In this document: piece after piece, positions 25,701-37,949 of the stretch | Layout: every line of letters starts with the position of its first letter | Numbering within the stretch: position 1 is the first letter of the stretch | Assembly (NCBI GenBank): GCA_009602725.1 | Contig: WELB01000022.1 | Span: forward strand, 18,288-82,287 | DNA length: 64,000 nt | Source: Spirogloea muscicola | Lineage: Eukaryota | Direction: 5' to 3' | Notes under the pieces: generated by a model | Seen by the model: the letters and a program-made list of their open reading frames with translations, nothing else | Database searches by the model: none | What the model was told of the DNA's origin: nothing | Program-made: the position numbers and the translations under genes

Positions 25701-28700
25701 CGTTCAAACACATGAGTAAGCCCTCAGATGTTGCTCAAAGTAGAGCCCATACCCATCTCTCCAATCTGCCCCACAGACCCGAAAATCCTTCCCCCACCCC
25801 CCCTCCTACCCATCTCCCCCATTCTTCCAGGACGAAATGTGCTACAGGGGAAGTTAGCACTTGACGAGCGACCCAAGGGGGACTCCAGGATGAAAACAAA
25901 AGCACTTTGAAGAGGAGAGTGTTGGTGCACCTCATTGTACTTGCGAGATAGGGAAAAGATACGCTTGGGGGGGCGGTCCGCAGGTACAAGGTTGGCATTG
26001 AATGCGCCTGGCAGCGACAAGAAGCGCGCACGAAGCATACCCAAGGTGCGAATCTACATGGAAACAATATGTGACCCTGATAAGCACAGAGCTGGCAGAA
26101 GCAGTGGGCACCCTCCAAGCACCCTGTTTGACAGTCAAGCAAATACTATGCAAGCTCTCTGCTTAGGAGACATTGGCTCGTTAGTCATACTTCGCCTAGC
26201 CGCTGGAGTGCTCCAGTTAATCCTCCAACAAGGGTGGACATCACCGCGTACCAGATTTGAGTGTCCATGAAGTAAACCTGAGATGAACAAGCATAAGGCA
26301 AGCCAGTCAGTCTTGACTTCGAGCCAGGGTTCGGCTGTGAGTATGCTTCATCCAGCTGTTTGTATGCTTCATTGTTCAAAAAAACATAGAGGACTCTGCT
26401 TGCGCAGGTACGTGCGCTACATCATGAGGCACTTCCGGCTCCCAGCAAGCACCAGCCAAGCGACAGGGCACTGACCAGCCCAATGGGAGCCCAGATAGCC
26501 ACTACAGCCCCAATGTTCTTGTGGTCTGCATGTACAAAGCTCCGATCAAGTCAGCTGCTGAGAGCAGCAAGAAGAAAGTCCTTGATGATGTTTGCTTGAA
26601 TAGTGGGAACAAGGCTCACTGTTTGGGAAGAACTCATGCCAGCTGTACACCACATTCCACGTGGCCATGATACTCTTTGTCGGCCCTACCAGGGGCCCAA
26701 TCTGCGGCACAGTCTTTCCATGTCAGCAGCAGGCCAAGCCTCTCAGTCTGCCAGAGCGTGTTCTAAGGAGAACGAGAGCTGGATCGAGTATGTAGCAAAA
26801 GCAGCTGATCAGAGTCATTGCCTGAAATTTGTAGCTGAAAGCAAGCTTGCCGGCAACCAAGAGACACCAGAAGAGAGTGTAGCCAAGTAGTGTGAATGAG
26901 CTCTCGTGCATCCCTCTTCCCACATACAGCCGTGGCTGCACAACAGGAACGAGCACTGAGCTTACGCACCGCTGCAGGACATAGACTGCTCATTCAGATG
27001 CCAGCAGGAGAGGGGATGCCAGCTACGTCCGAGTTGGTGGCTGTGGCGTGTGCACACCTGGGACCACCACAGGAGTGCCCAAAAGATGTGCCAGTTGGAA
27101 GACTCCACCCAGCGACGAAGAAACGGAAGCACAAAAAGCAAAACTCCAATAGCACTTGGTATCAAGTACACTGCTACGGCTGCCAGGTAAATGCCAGGAC
27201 TCTTCCAGTTGCTCCCAAGCCAGCTTTTCACGCTCTGTGCCAGTATGGTAGAGCGAGAAGTAAAGCGTCAAGAAAAATCGCAACAGAAGCTCAAAGAAGT
27301 CAATTTGCGACAGTACAGCACACTGTAATGCATGATGTATCAGCAGGTTCAGGAGGTGTTACCCTGCCAAGAGCTCCAGGATTGTCCCAGGAGTGGACAT
27401 AGCACACTGCCAGGACAATCATCCACGCCCCAAAGTAGACCATCCTCAGGAACAGGCGCACAACTGACCTTGCCTTCATGCTTTTGTATATGCCCCAGCT
27501 AAGCAGTACATCAAGGAATGCTGCAAGGCAGCCATAGGAGGACATTGTCAATGGGTGGCGCAGGTTCCCTACATGAAATTACGAATGAATGAAAAGGGGG
27601 GAAGTGGGGGAAGGGGGAAGGCAAGAAGGGGCGGAGGGACAGAAAAGGGACGCTACTTGACTACTTTCTATCGGCTCAATATTGTTGATGGTGTTATCAT
27701 GCAGACCGATGCAGAGAGCTGATTGGGACCCTGCAGCACTTTCAGAATAATGTAGCCCCAAACCATGCCCGCCCACTTGCTCATTGCTGGGCAACGCTGC
27801 TCTCAAAACAAAAATTCCAAGATTGAGCCTGCAGTCTTTACCTAGACATCATGCTCTGCAAGTGTTTGATGAGAATTGTTTGGCGCCTGACCTTGCACGA
27901 GGTGGAGGCCTGCGTGTGTGATGAAGATACTGAGGACTTTCTTGAAAGTACCCAATTTGGTCACAACTTCGTAGAATGGGCCATTCCAAGCCATGATGAG
28001 CATAGCCTGCACCCAAATGTCAGCACCAAGTCAGGCATAATAAAGGCAGTTGCAGTGGCCTTGCTGTGCACAACATGCAGTAGCCTATGCCGCTGAGCAA
28101 CCTTTAAGATGGGGACATGGCATGTCATGTCAGCTGAGAGGAGACCTGGAAACAAAGTATGAAGAATATCCACATTCTATCGAAGGACCTTAGGATGTGT
28201 AAGAATGTCCTGTGCTCCACAAAGCTCTGCTTGCCTTCCCGCTGACCACTGGCCTTACGTTTCTGGAATAATGAGACACTTGCACCAAGGGGCAGTTGTA
28301 AGTGTCCCTCAGCTGACTGCTGAACAGCAGGTTTAAGGGTCACCGAGCAATCAAGTATTCCTTATGAAAGAAAGACTCTTCCAGTAGAGGCAATGGCTGG
28401 GATTGGCCAGCCCAGAAGAACAAAGTTCGAAGGGCCAGAAAGATGTAGATGAAGACTCCCTGCCAATGACATATTGCTCTACATTGTTTAATATCATGGG
28501 AAACAGTAAAGCTCACCTGGTCATTGGCCTTTGTGCGTGGAAGAGGAGGAACGAAGAAGTTTGCATCGAGGCGCATAGGCCATGAGAGCGAGAAGCACTT
28601 TGGAGACCTGTGAAAGGTGACTTCGAAGTATCAGTTAATGCTGTTGTTAAAGCCTGACGTGCCTGGACACCAACTCCTGAGCTGAACAACAAGCCCCCCA

Positions 28701-31700
28701 ATCAAGAGATTAGGCTTCTACTCGCCAGAAATACTCGTTGAAGTCATCATAATTTCGCCAAGAAGAGTGAGGAGCCTTTCCTTCGCCATTATTTTGGGCT
28801 TCCTGCAAGATCACCACCTGCTCATCATAAACCGACGCAAGCGGGTGACAGCTACAAACAAGCTCACTTTGCGGCATTGGTAATTGATAGATGACAAAAT
28901 AACTTCTAGGCGCTCACCTTGCGAATGACATCATAAATGGGTGTGACGATATTACGCAGGAAGGATTCATCGCCACCACCATACGCAGGTTTGATGTTCT
29001 CGCCAGTGGCCTTGCTAACATTGCCCATGATCATCCCAATGACCTCCCATGCCATCTGTACACAGTTCAGAGCAGAGAGAAGCTTGTCTAGGCTGATGAG
29101 CACAATCCTCAGCTACCTCAATAAGCCTGACAAGGGTCACAGTGACGCCCGAAAAGGCCAAGGAACTTGGGGCAAGGGGGGCCTGAGAGGCGCACATTGT
29201 GGAAAATATAGCAGAGGCACTCTGGAAGGAATCGAAGATTGGCAGCCTCTCCCCATATGAGCAAATATAGACCAATGTACAGCAACTTCCGCTGCTGTTT
29301 TTCCAAGGAAGCATCTGGCAGGCTGCGACACTTCAACAAGGAGCGCACATTAGGGAGGTTATGTGGAAAACTTATGCTGGAGGGGTAGCTGGCAATATAT
29401 GCTCTGTGCGATGAGTGCTTGCAACAATACAGAAGGAGGTGAACTCAACAAGACGAGGTAAGATGTGGAGCTTCCGGCAACCTGAGATTTGGCTTGTGCC
29501 CAAGAAATCTACACCACTTCTTGTAATTATCAAACGTCTTCACGTAAAGCTCACTGACTGCTCGGTCATCCATCTGGCACAAAGATTTTATAATCTCAGT
29601 GCCGCTTCTGCTTCCATGTCATCGCTGTCAGAAGCTGAGGAGGAGAACTGATTCATGAATCTAGCACTCTTGAGCTTGCATGAAGCACACATCAGATTGC
29701 CATCCCTCAAGCTTAAAGCAGATTTTGAAGCTTACAGGCCAGGAACAAAGTCTGCAGCAAGATCCGCGGACAAGTACCTTGTGAAGAGGGTCAGGCGCCG
29801 GCAGCTGCCGGACATGTGTGTTGGCCAACAATAAGATCAAGTGCTCACGCTGGTTGCGCACGCTGTCGCGCTGCATCCCACCTCAGTAGTGCTTGTGAGC
29901 GGAATTGAGGGGCTTTGGGCAAGGGAGCCTTCTCCGTCCATTGCCATGGAAGCCTCTGTCAATCTCATCGTGATAAGAGGCGCATTATGAGCTCCTTGCA
30001 GGAATTCAATTCGTGGACAGAAGGCAGAATAAGGACCTGGAAGCCAAATGTTGCCTGCAACCAGTCCAGTACATCCCAGTCCTGGGTCTGGGAGTCCCCA
30101 AAGCCAGGTACCCTTGGCAGCCCTCGCACGTTGCGAAGAGCGTCCAGAGCAGCAACAATCTGCACACTCAGGTGATTGCAGATAAGAGATTGCAGGGGGC
30201 TTCAGCATCAGCAGGGCCGTGCCTGTACCACGCTCCTGGCAGAGCAGTGTACCCTCCCTGCTGCCATCAAGAGCAACGCAGGTAGCAAACTGACACCTCA
30301 GCGCGAGCTGGCACATCATGTTGCCCACAGTTGAACAACAGCCTTGTTGCCATCAAGCCTGCTGCCAGGCTTACACTTCCTCGGAACAGAACTCCTGCTC
30401 ATGCTGAACGACAGAGGGCAACTGCACGGGAAAAAGGATCCAGCACCTCTGGCAACTGCATGATCGCCTGGTGTGCACCGGTTGCATCAAGTGGCAAGAT
30501 GTTGTACGGCTGGTACAGCTCCTTCTCTGCGGCCACAGCTTGCCCGGCCGCCAAGACCTGCCCTTTCCCAAGCGCAGCAGCCTCTGAGTGCCAAGCAATG
30601 CCGCGGTGGACGAAAAAGGCTGGCTCTGCAGTGGTCGCTGCGAATGGAGTGCGACTGCTCAGAGAAGAGCATACCTCAGGTGCAACCTCCGCAGACTCGC
30701 TCTTGTTGACCGAGCAGAGCACCTCGAATAGCACTGCCGCCGTCTGGAAAGCTTTCGCCAGCTGGACCCTGCCCACCGTCGAGTTTGATCAGGGCCACAT
30801 CAAGACATGGGCAGATGCTCAATCCAACAGCAGCTGGAGCGCAGCACTAGCCAATCACGTGGCACGACCAGTCTAGCAGGAGGTGGCAGGCCATAACAGA
30901 AGAACGTTCTGAGAATGTGCAAGCTGTGCAAGTTGCTGGCTGTGAAACAAACAGGGCCCTCGGCCCCAACAGCAGAGAGCGACGGTTCACCTATCTGCGG
31001 CCCCAACATCTGCAAGAGCCTTGACATAATTCTGGTAGTACTGCTGGTAGAAGCTCTGTATCTCCCGTGCATCGCTTCCGCGCTGCCTTTGGGCCTTGGT
31101 GGGCTCATTGTCCTGCTCGAGTACAGGCCTGCGTCAGTAGGGGAACTCAGCAGCCAGCCGCCTTGGCTCGCCTGTGCCATGATATCTGATGGTGCCTGTG
31201 GAGCAGGGCTCGGCAGCAACACCAGGCCTGCGCTTGAAGCTGGCAGCATATGACTGCGCTGCAGAGTCTGGGCTCCAATCGCAGTATGCCAAGCCCACTG
31301 TGTCATGGGCTGCCGACCAGCGAGCAAATGGCAGGTGCGAGCCGCCTGGGCTGCCCGCAGCAGAGAACGGCAGCAGCAGAAGTACCCCACTGGCAGCCTA
31401 GGACGTTGACCCACAAAGTCCTTGCAAGCGTGGGCCAGCCTCTCCAGCCTATCCAGCCTATCCAGAGCCTTGCCCAGGTCCTGCCATCCCTGAGAGCTCC
31501 GCCATCGTGCCGGGCTCCTGCTTGGCTCACCTTCTCCAGCCGAGCTAGCAGCGCAGTCTTGAATTGCCGGACACCGCGGCCGCTGGAAGTCGAGTCCAGG
31601 CGGTGCGCGCACTCGAAGGCATGGAAGCGGCCTGAGTCGCGCAGGCAAGAGGTGCAGGAGACGCCGAGTTCGAGAGCTCGAGTGAGAAAGCGTGCGGAGC

Positions 31701-32104
31701 CATCTCGCTTAGCCAAGTGCGTGCACGGAGAGGAGGGAGAGAGAGGCCCCTCCGAATCCCTGACCGCCGTCCCGCGGGGGGGGCCAGAGGCTGCGAGAGC
31801 CTTTGGGCCAGCGGAGGGGCGACGGACGCAGCTGGCAATAGAAGCCACAGCAGTCGTCGCACGTGTAATTGTCGGGCGTCCGCTGCGGCGGCCGCTGCCT
31901 GGCCGAGCACAGGCTTGGTGCGCGGGCGCGGGAGGCGGGCTCACAGAGGTAGGCGACGCGGGGGCGGGCGGCCTCGACCTCGTTGGCGGCGCGCAGGAAG
32001 CGCTCGACCTCGAGCAGCGAGGGGGGCACGATCTCGCTGCCGGGGTCGTCGGGCGCGCCGCCGGTGGACGCCACCCGGAACCCGCGCTCGCGCGGGGCCG
32101 CCAT
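19770..32104 (-). CDS. CalS: Callose synthase (1,3-beta-glucan synthase, GT48); roughly 40 exons
   Basis: [198 protein letters not shown]. Confidence 0.97.
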
Positions 32105-32130
32105 NCCTCCCTTCCTCCCTCCGGGTTAGC

Positions 32131-32331
32131 ACCAGAAAGCTGGGCGAGCTCTAGTAGGTGGCAGAAGGGCTCCGTTCCTGGCATCTAGTATTCATGCATC
32201 GAGTAGTGACCTTTATGTTTTGACCCGTGGTTATTGAGCGGGTCAATCTGCCTGCTGTAGGTTATGTAGATTTTTAGATGTGCTTGCCTTTGTACCTGGC
32301 CATTTGGCCTACATTTCTTTCTAATACACGA
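32131..32331 (+). mobile_element. 5'-truncated family B retroelement insertion with 23-bp target-site duplication
   Basis: Encodes the decayed end QKAGRALVGGR..SDLYVLTRGY* plus UTR ending TAATACACGA. Flanked by TCCCT(T/C)CCTCCCTCCGGGTTAGC at 32108-32130 and 32332-32354. Confidence 0.9.
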
Positions 32332-32564
32332 TCCCTCCCTCCCTCCGGGTTAGCGAGGTTGCTACTACACATGGCCCTCCCCTTAGTTACTGATACGCTG
32401 TTTCAGGTGCCCACCTTGCAGTAGGGCAGCTTCTTGCACCACTTAGAGGGTTGAATGCATAACAAATTCCCGCCCCCCCCACCCCTCTCCGCCGGCGCCG
32501 TCATCTCCGTCACCTCGCCGGCAGCCGAGAGCCACCACCACCCCTCCCCGGCCGTCGTGTGTCG

Positions 32565-32855
32565 GCCTGTTTGCAGCGTGCTCGGGCTCATGCTTTGCAC
32601 CCAGAGAACTTTTCGTGTATTTGAAACAAACGAAGGCCAAATGGCCAAGTATACAAGAGAGCTGGGTGAGGTCTAGTTGGTGGCAGAAGGGCTTGAATCT
32701 GCCGTCCGATTGTCAGGCATCGATCAGCGACCTCCATTTGCCGACTTGTGGCTACTGAGCGGGTCACTTGCAGTGATTAATGTATGTTACCAGATGTGCT
32801 TGCCTTCTTACTTGGCCACTTCGGCCTTCCGATGTTCCAATACAAGCAAGTCCCT
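32565..32855. mobile_element. Nested family B fragments in both orientations
   Basis: Plus-strand CLQRARAHAL piece, then a minus-strand 3' UTR (32610-32655), then a plus-strand RAG..PSGI..RGY plus UTR. Confidence 0.7.
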
Positions 32856-33522
32856 GGGAGCAGCTCCCCCACTCCTCAGACTCCGTTCATTCATTTGGGC
32901 TGACCTCTCACAGCCATAGCCTTACGTTTTTTCAAGAGCTCTCTCCCACTGCCCCGCTGCGTCTCACCGCAAGATCGCTTCCTTGTAATCTTGCGTGCCT
33001 CCTTGCAATCGACTTTGTCAAGCGACATGCACTCCACAGTAGTGACAGATTAGCCAAACCCCCTGGACTTAGCAGTACCTAATCTCAAGCATTGCACTGC
33101 TGGCCTCTGCTCTTTCTTTGGGCAACGGCTGCATGAGTGAGTGGCTGCCCAGCGAGCTAACAAGTGTTCCTCATTCACCCTGCAGCTTCTATACATCGGC
33201 ACACGCCCCTCAACCCCAACCCTCCTCTCCCACCACACAAGCCACACCCATTGACCAACAGGTGCTGGCCAAGTCTTGCAGAAACAATATTTCGTATGTC
33301 AAGTAAGGTACATGAAGTAAGGTACATGTAGTAATAACGTACATGATGTACAGTATGAGAACAAGAATAGTGAGAGACAAGTTGGCGGCGGGCATCATGC
33401 CCTTTGCCTAATGAATGGAATGAATGAACGCAACACCCTCACTCCCACCATGTAAAGTATGGGCCAACAGCTACGTGGATACACAGCACCACACTGCACA
33501 GGCTTGCCATCAATCGGCAAGC

Positions 33523-35243
33523 TCAGTAGTAGCCAAGCGACCTCACGCGCTCCTGAATCAATTGCCGCTCCCATGGGGCGACATCGGTGAAAGCATAGTC
33601 AGGGAGCTCTTCCAGTGGCTGCTTTGAGTTGTCAAATTTGGCAAAGTCATAGGTGGCTCCCCTAATAGCTTCCTTCTTGGGCCCACACGGCCTCTTGGAT
33701 GTGAGAGTGTGATAAGCTGTCCCCATCTGTTACCAATCCACATTCACAAACAAAACAGTGCGGAATGCCACAGTCAGACCTTGACTGATGGTAGTTGGGC
33801 AACCAAGAGGCCAAGAACAAGAGGTCCGCCATTTTCTGCTGAATCACTCATGCAAGGCAGCAAGCTCGGATGTTGGCTGCAGTACTCACATCCATGTCTT
33901 GGAACCAAAAGAGGTATGCAATCGCCACTGCAGGAGCACGACCCAAGCCTGCTGTGCAATGAATGTATACTTTCTCTCCCTTGCTGACATGGTGATCCAC
34001 AACACCTACTGCACCTGGAAGCTCGTGCCTCAGAGAATGAGGGTCAAAGTCCTTTGCCTGCCAAGATCAAGGCTGTTGATAATCAGAAACTCTTGAGATC
34101 TTGAGAAGGGAAGCACACAGGATCGCGTCCACAGTGAAGGAGGTGAAAGGGGAGGCTCATGGCAGGTCACTCGCATGGCGGCCTGCCCTGTGCAGCTGTG
34201 TCCATGGCAGCATCACCATATAGATGGGCAGAACACTTACCGGCCTGCGTACGTGGCGGATACCCAGCTCCTCACACTTGCGAAGAATGGCATTGAAATC
34301 AGTGCCCCAGTATGCTATGTCCTTGTCTTGTTGCAGGTTGAGGATGACCTTCACCCCCTCTCTGTGCAGCTGCTCAATATCCTCAATATTCTGAGGCTGA
34401 GAGCCGACGATGATGTTGTTGGTGATAGGCGTATAGTACATGCCTGTAATTAGCATAAAAGCACAAGCCAGATCAGGTTCAGGCCACATTACTGCTAAGC
34501 TCCTTATGGCCTCATGCAGGGATACATGTCACAGTATGCCTGGTAACCCCTCACCTAGAGACTACCTGACAACAGACAAGCTGTGGCATGCCAGGAGCTA
34601 CCACAGCTGCAAACTCTCCTACGTTTGGCTTGCTTGACAACTCTCTGCGGTATATGCGATGACACCATGTGTCGCAGCATGCCACAAGCTGCATTGGCTG
34701 CTTGAAAGCCCGCAAGTCGAGCTTTCTCGTCGTCCAAAGATGTGGCTCACCATGTGCTACTGCTGCTCTTAGATCACACTCAGACTTGACATCACATCGT
34801 GCAGGGACTGTGCTTGGTTGGTCAAGGCTACACAAGGATCTGGACGGGTTCGCACGCTGCAGGCAGCGATCAGACGTGCGGCGCGGCTCACCCAGCTCGT
34901 GGTGGTACTCGTACGGGTTGGCCATCTGGCGCTTCATGGCGTCGTTGTACTGGTCCACCCTGGAAGAGGCCTGCTGCTGGTGCCCCTGCGGTGGCGCGGC
35001 TATGGCCATGGCGGGTAGCCGGCGAGGCGCAGGCGCTTCGAGGCGCCTCGGCAGGCACGGGAGGGCGCCGCCGCGCCGGGCTGCCAGGGCCCATGCGGCT
35101 GAGGCCGCCGGCCGGGGCGAGGCCTCGGCAGGTCGAGACCGGAAGGAGGCGGCGGCGGCGGCGGCGGAGGCGGAGGAGGCGGCGGCGGAGGAGGAGGTGG
35201 TGGCAGCGGCGGCGGCGGCGGCGGGTCCTTCTGGACGACGCAC
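33523..35243 (-). CDS. LSF2: Phosphoglucan phosphatase LIKE SEX FOUR 2; start codon uncertain (first in-frame ATG 35009)
   Basis: YNDAMKRQMANPYEYHHELG|MYYTPITNNIIVGSQPQ..ILNLQQDKD, DFDPHSLR, VYIHCTAGLGRAPAVAIAYLFW (CX5R motif), LTSKRPCGPKKEAIRGATYDFAK..WERQLIQERVRSL*. Confidence 0.93.
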
Positions 35244-35855
35244 ACGCCGCCGTCGGCGCCACCATCGCAGAGCAACGGCGGCTCAGGGCGCGCCGCGTCC
35301 GCGCCCTGGTGGGAGGATGACAAGGACGGGCACTACGTCTACCAGCTGGGCGAGAACCTCACACCGAGATGTGAGCGAGCCTTTCCGTTCGCCGTCTCTG
35401 TCACAGCTGCGTCCCTCTGGCGGCTGTCTGTCGCTCCATCTGTGTGACGTGCGAGCCAGAGGTCACGACAACACAGCTTGGCCACGGCACTGTGCACGAT
35501 GACGAGGCCGGTTGCTCTGCGTGTTTGCGTGTGTGCAGACAAGATACTGAGCAAGATGGGCGAAGGTAAGGCGCTGCACTACACTGGCAGCTCAACTCAG
35601 GGGCTGCACAGCTGGACGTGCAGCATCACACACTGCGCCTACGGACCACCATTGCTTCAGCTCCATGAGTGCGCCTGGCGAGCCAATAAGGTTGCCGGTC
35701 GTGAGGTGTGCTGGCCGCTCATGGCTACTCTTCTGCGGCGGGGCTGCGACCGGGCGAGCAGGGACGTTCGGCCGCGTGGTGGAGTGCTGGGACCGCAAGG
35801 CACAGGAGTACGTGGCCATCAAGGTCATCCGGAACGTGCAGAAGTATCGCGATGC
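35230..35855 (+). pseudogene. AFC: AFC/CLK (LAMMER) protein kinase, 5' three exons only, broken at N 35856
   Basis: SAPWWEDDKDGHYVYQLGENLTPRY|KILSKMGE|GTFGRVVECWDRKAQEYVAIKVIRNVQKYRD, with GT-AG introns. No downstream kinase exons in the window. No in-frame ATG after the TGA near 35100. Confidence 0.8.
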
Positions 35856-35856
35856 N

Positions 35857-36185
35857 TCCACCAGGATGCTGTGCATCGCGTCCCGGAGGCGGTCGTGGGC
35901 CGCCGTCCTCTCGCCGCCATGGGAACAGCGCAGGACGTGAGCAGCCAGCTCGCCAGGCTTGGCCCCTCGCTCGCCACACTGGCATTGACGCACGCCCTGG
36001 AGGCATGGAGGCGGCAGCCCCAGGAGCCGGTGGACGGCAGTGCGAAACACCTCATCTGGGAGGGTCAGGGCGTCAGTGATGGGGAGTGCCTGGAGCCACG
36101 CCGCTGCCACGCCGCTCCTCTTGCCTTGGTACTTGGCCACACGGGCCCTCTCTCCATACACTCCCCGTTCCTTCCTCCTCCGGCC
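35857..36185 (-). mobile_element. Retroelement fragment with CCHC zinc knuckle preceding the RLE domain
   Basis: AAAWLQALP..LPDEVFRTAVHRLLGLP..CQCG..HVLRCSHGGERTAAHDRLRD: the AWL..P / C-x-C..H...C / (R)HD signature of RLE non-LTR elements. Confidence 0.85.
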
Positions 36186-37225
36186 TCCTCTCACAGCCCT
36201 TGCCCCCATTGTTTGCAGCGTGCTCAGGCTAATGCCTTGCCCCAGAAAGCTGGACGAGCTGTAGTTGGTGGTAGAAAGGGCTTCGTATCTGACATCTAGT
36301 ATTCATGCATCGACTAGCGACCTTTATGTTCTGACCCGTGGTTACTGAGCGGGTCAATCTGCTGTAGGTTATGTAGATCTTCAGATGTGCTTGCCTTCGT
36401 ACTCGGCCATTCGGCCTACGTTTGTTTCGAACACACGTAATTTTTCGTGGCCCCTTCTCGTCCTTTGTTCATTCTTCTTTGGGCTGGCTTTTTCCAGCCC
36501 CTATCCTCAGTGGTAGAGTATGTAGGTCTTTAGATGTGCTTGCCTTTATCCTCAATGGCCCTCCTTTCTTTCTTTCAATGGGCGAGCCCCTTCTTTGAAG
36601 CGCTCGCCCATAGAGAAGAGTGGCTGGCAAAGCCAGCCCCAAAAGAATGGACATTATCCCAAGCCAAAGAAAGAGGTGCAAGAGGTTCTTTCCCATTGTC
36701 CATCGAGGAAGAAGTGGCACTCCCAATGGGGGCAAGGGCTGCGAAAAGCCAGCCCATAAAGAGTTCACAAAGGTTCAGAGGGGCCTTAGAGCGGTGAGCA
36801 GCTACAAAGAAGAAGAAAGTGCTCGCCCATTGAGAATAGGGGCTGGAACAACCAGCCCGAAAAAGAATGAACAGAGTACGAGAAGGGGGCCAGGGGAAGC
36901 GCTAAGTAACAAGCTACAAAGGGGCCTGAGGATGCTATGGTAAAACAGGGGGAGGATGGATCACTCAGTATGTTCGAGTGAGGAGCCTCAGATCCGACAG
37001 ACTAGCTGCCGGGAAGCTATCACCCTGACGAAAGCCAGAGCCCGCAGCGAGAGCACGGCCAGCTCGCAGATGCAGAGCGTGGGCCATGGACCGCTGCAGG
37101 GATACAGAGAGGCGCATCCGATATACCTGAGCCCACGAGCCCGCGGCGTTGAAGTCGGCTGGCTCGCCGCGTCTGCGGGACAGCCCGACGCGCAAGCCTA
37201 GCCAACAGGCCAACAGGTCCATCCA
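36186..37225. mobile_element. Nest of family A and B 3' ends and hairpin units in both orientations
   Basis: Family B end (+) at 36210-36440. Hairpin units at 36481, 36622, 36737 and 36840. Family A ORF end (-) at 36965-37222: YRMRLSVSLQRSMAHALHLRAGRAL..SDLRLLTRTY*. Confidence 0.85.
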
Positions 37226-37713
37226 GTACCAGCAACCACTTCCACTGAAGCAGAACTTAGAAGACGACTAGAAAATGGTGGTAGTAACAAAAACTCTGAT
37301 ATTGTTCAATGGAGGAAATGCCGTTTCTGGGCTTCCTATTATGATGGGAACAAACAAATTACCCAACCCACCAATCATTCTATTATGGCTGGCTTTTCAC
37401 AGCCCTTGCCAGCATTTGGGAGTGCCACTTCTCTACTATGATAGGAACAAACAAATTACCCAACCCACCGATCATAGAGGCCATAAACACTAGGAAAACA
37501 TCAAATAAGCGTGAGGTGTCATTAACAACATTGTACAACTGATTACACCGCCCAAGATCTGATTTCCGGGTTTGTGCCAATGCCATGCGAATGGAATGAG
37601 ATGAGCATGTACCCATGACTCCCGCAATAGCACCAAAATTAATATACAAGGTACCTGTCCTTGTGGCTAGTAGAGAAGAGCTTCCTCTGTGCAATATTAT
37701 TATTTGGAGGCAT
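37215..37713 (-). pseudogene. cox1: NUMT: 5' part of mitochondrial cox1, frameshifted and interrupted
   Basis: Decayed [86 protein letters not shown]-rich. Confidence 0.9.
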
Positions 37714-37949
37714 GTGTTACTAATCTTCAGCAATGCAATCCTATGTTGAGCTAGTTTAGTTGATGTTTACGTGATTTTGAGAAACAAAATTGATTACACT
37801 CACTGTCCCGAAGAAGGCCATCGTTTTCGAAAATCAGCTAACATGTTGTCTTTAAGGACAAGCAAAGCCTGAGGATTCTTTCCACTTTGTTGTGAGATTT
37901 GCCCAAGTACTGTTTGTCTTACATCTTGGCCCACTAAATTGAAATATTA

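Noticed and set aside
32123..32130. Telomere-repeat targeting (GGGTTAG in the TSD)
   Set aside because: Single short match; the other two TSDs show no telomeric sequence.
37387..37405. Hairpin as a histone mRNA stem-loop or Helitron 3' hairpin
   Set aside because: Loop length and stem differ from the histone 6-bp/4-nt pattern and no histone genes are nearby. There is no consistent CTRR terminus, and Helitrons do not make long TSDs.
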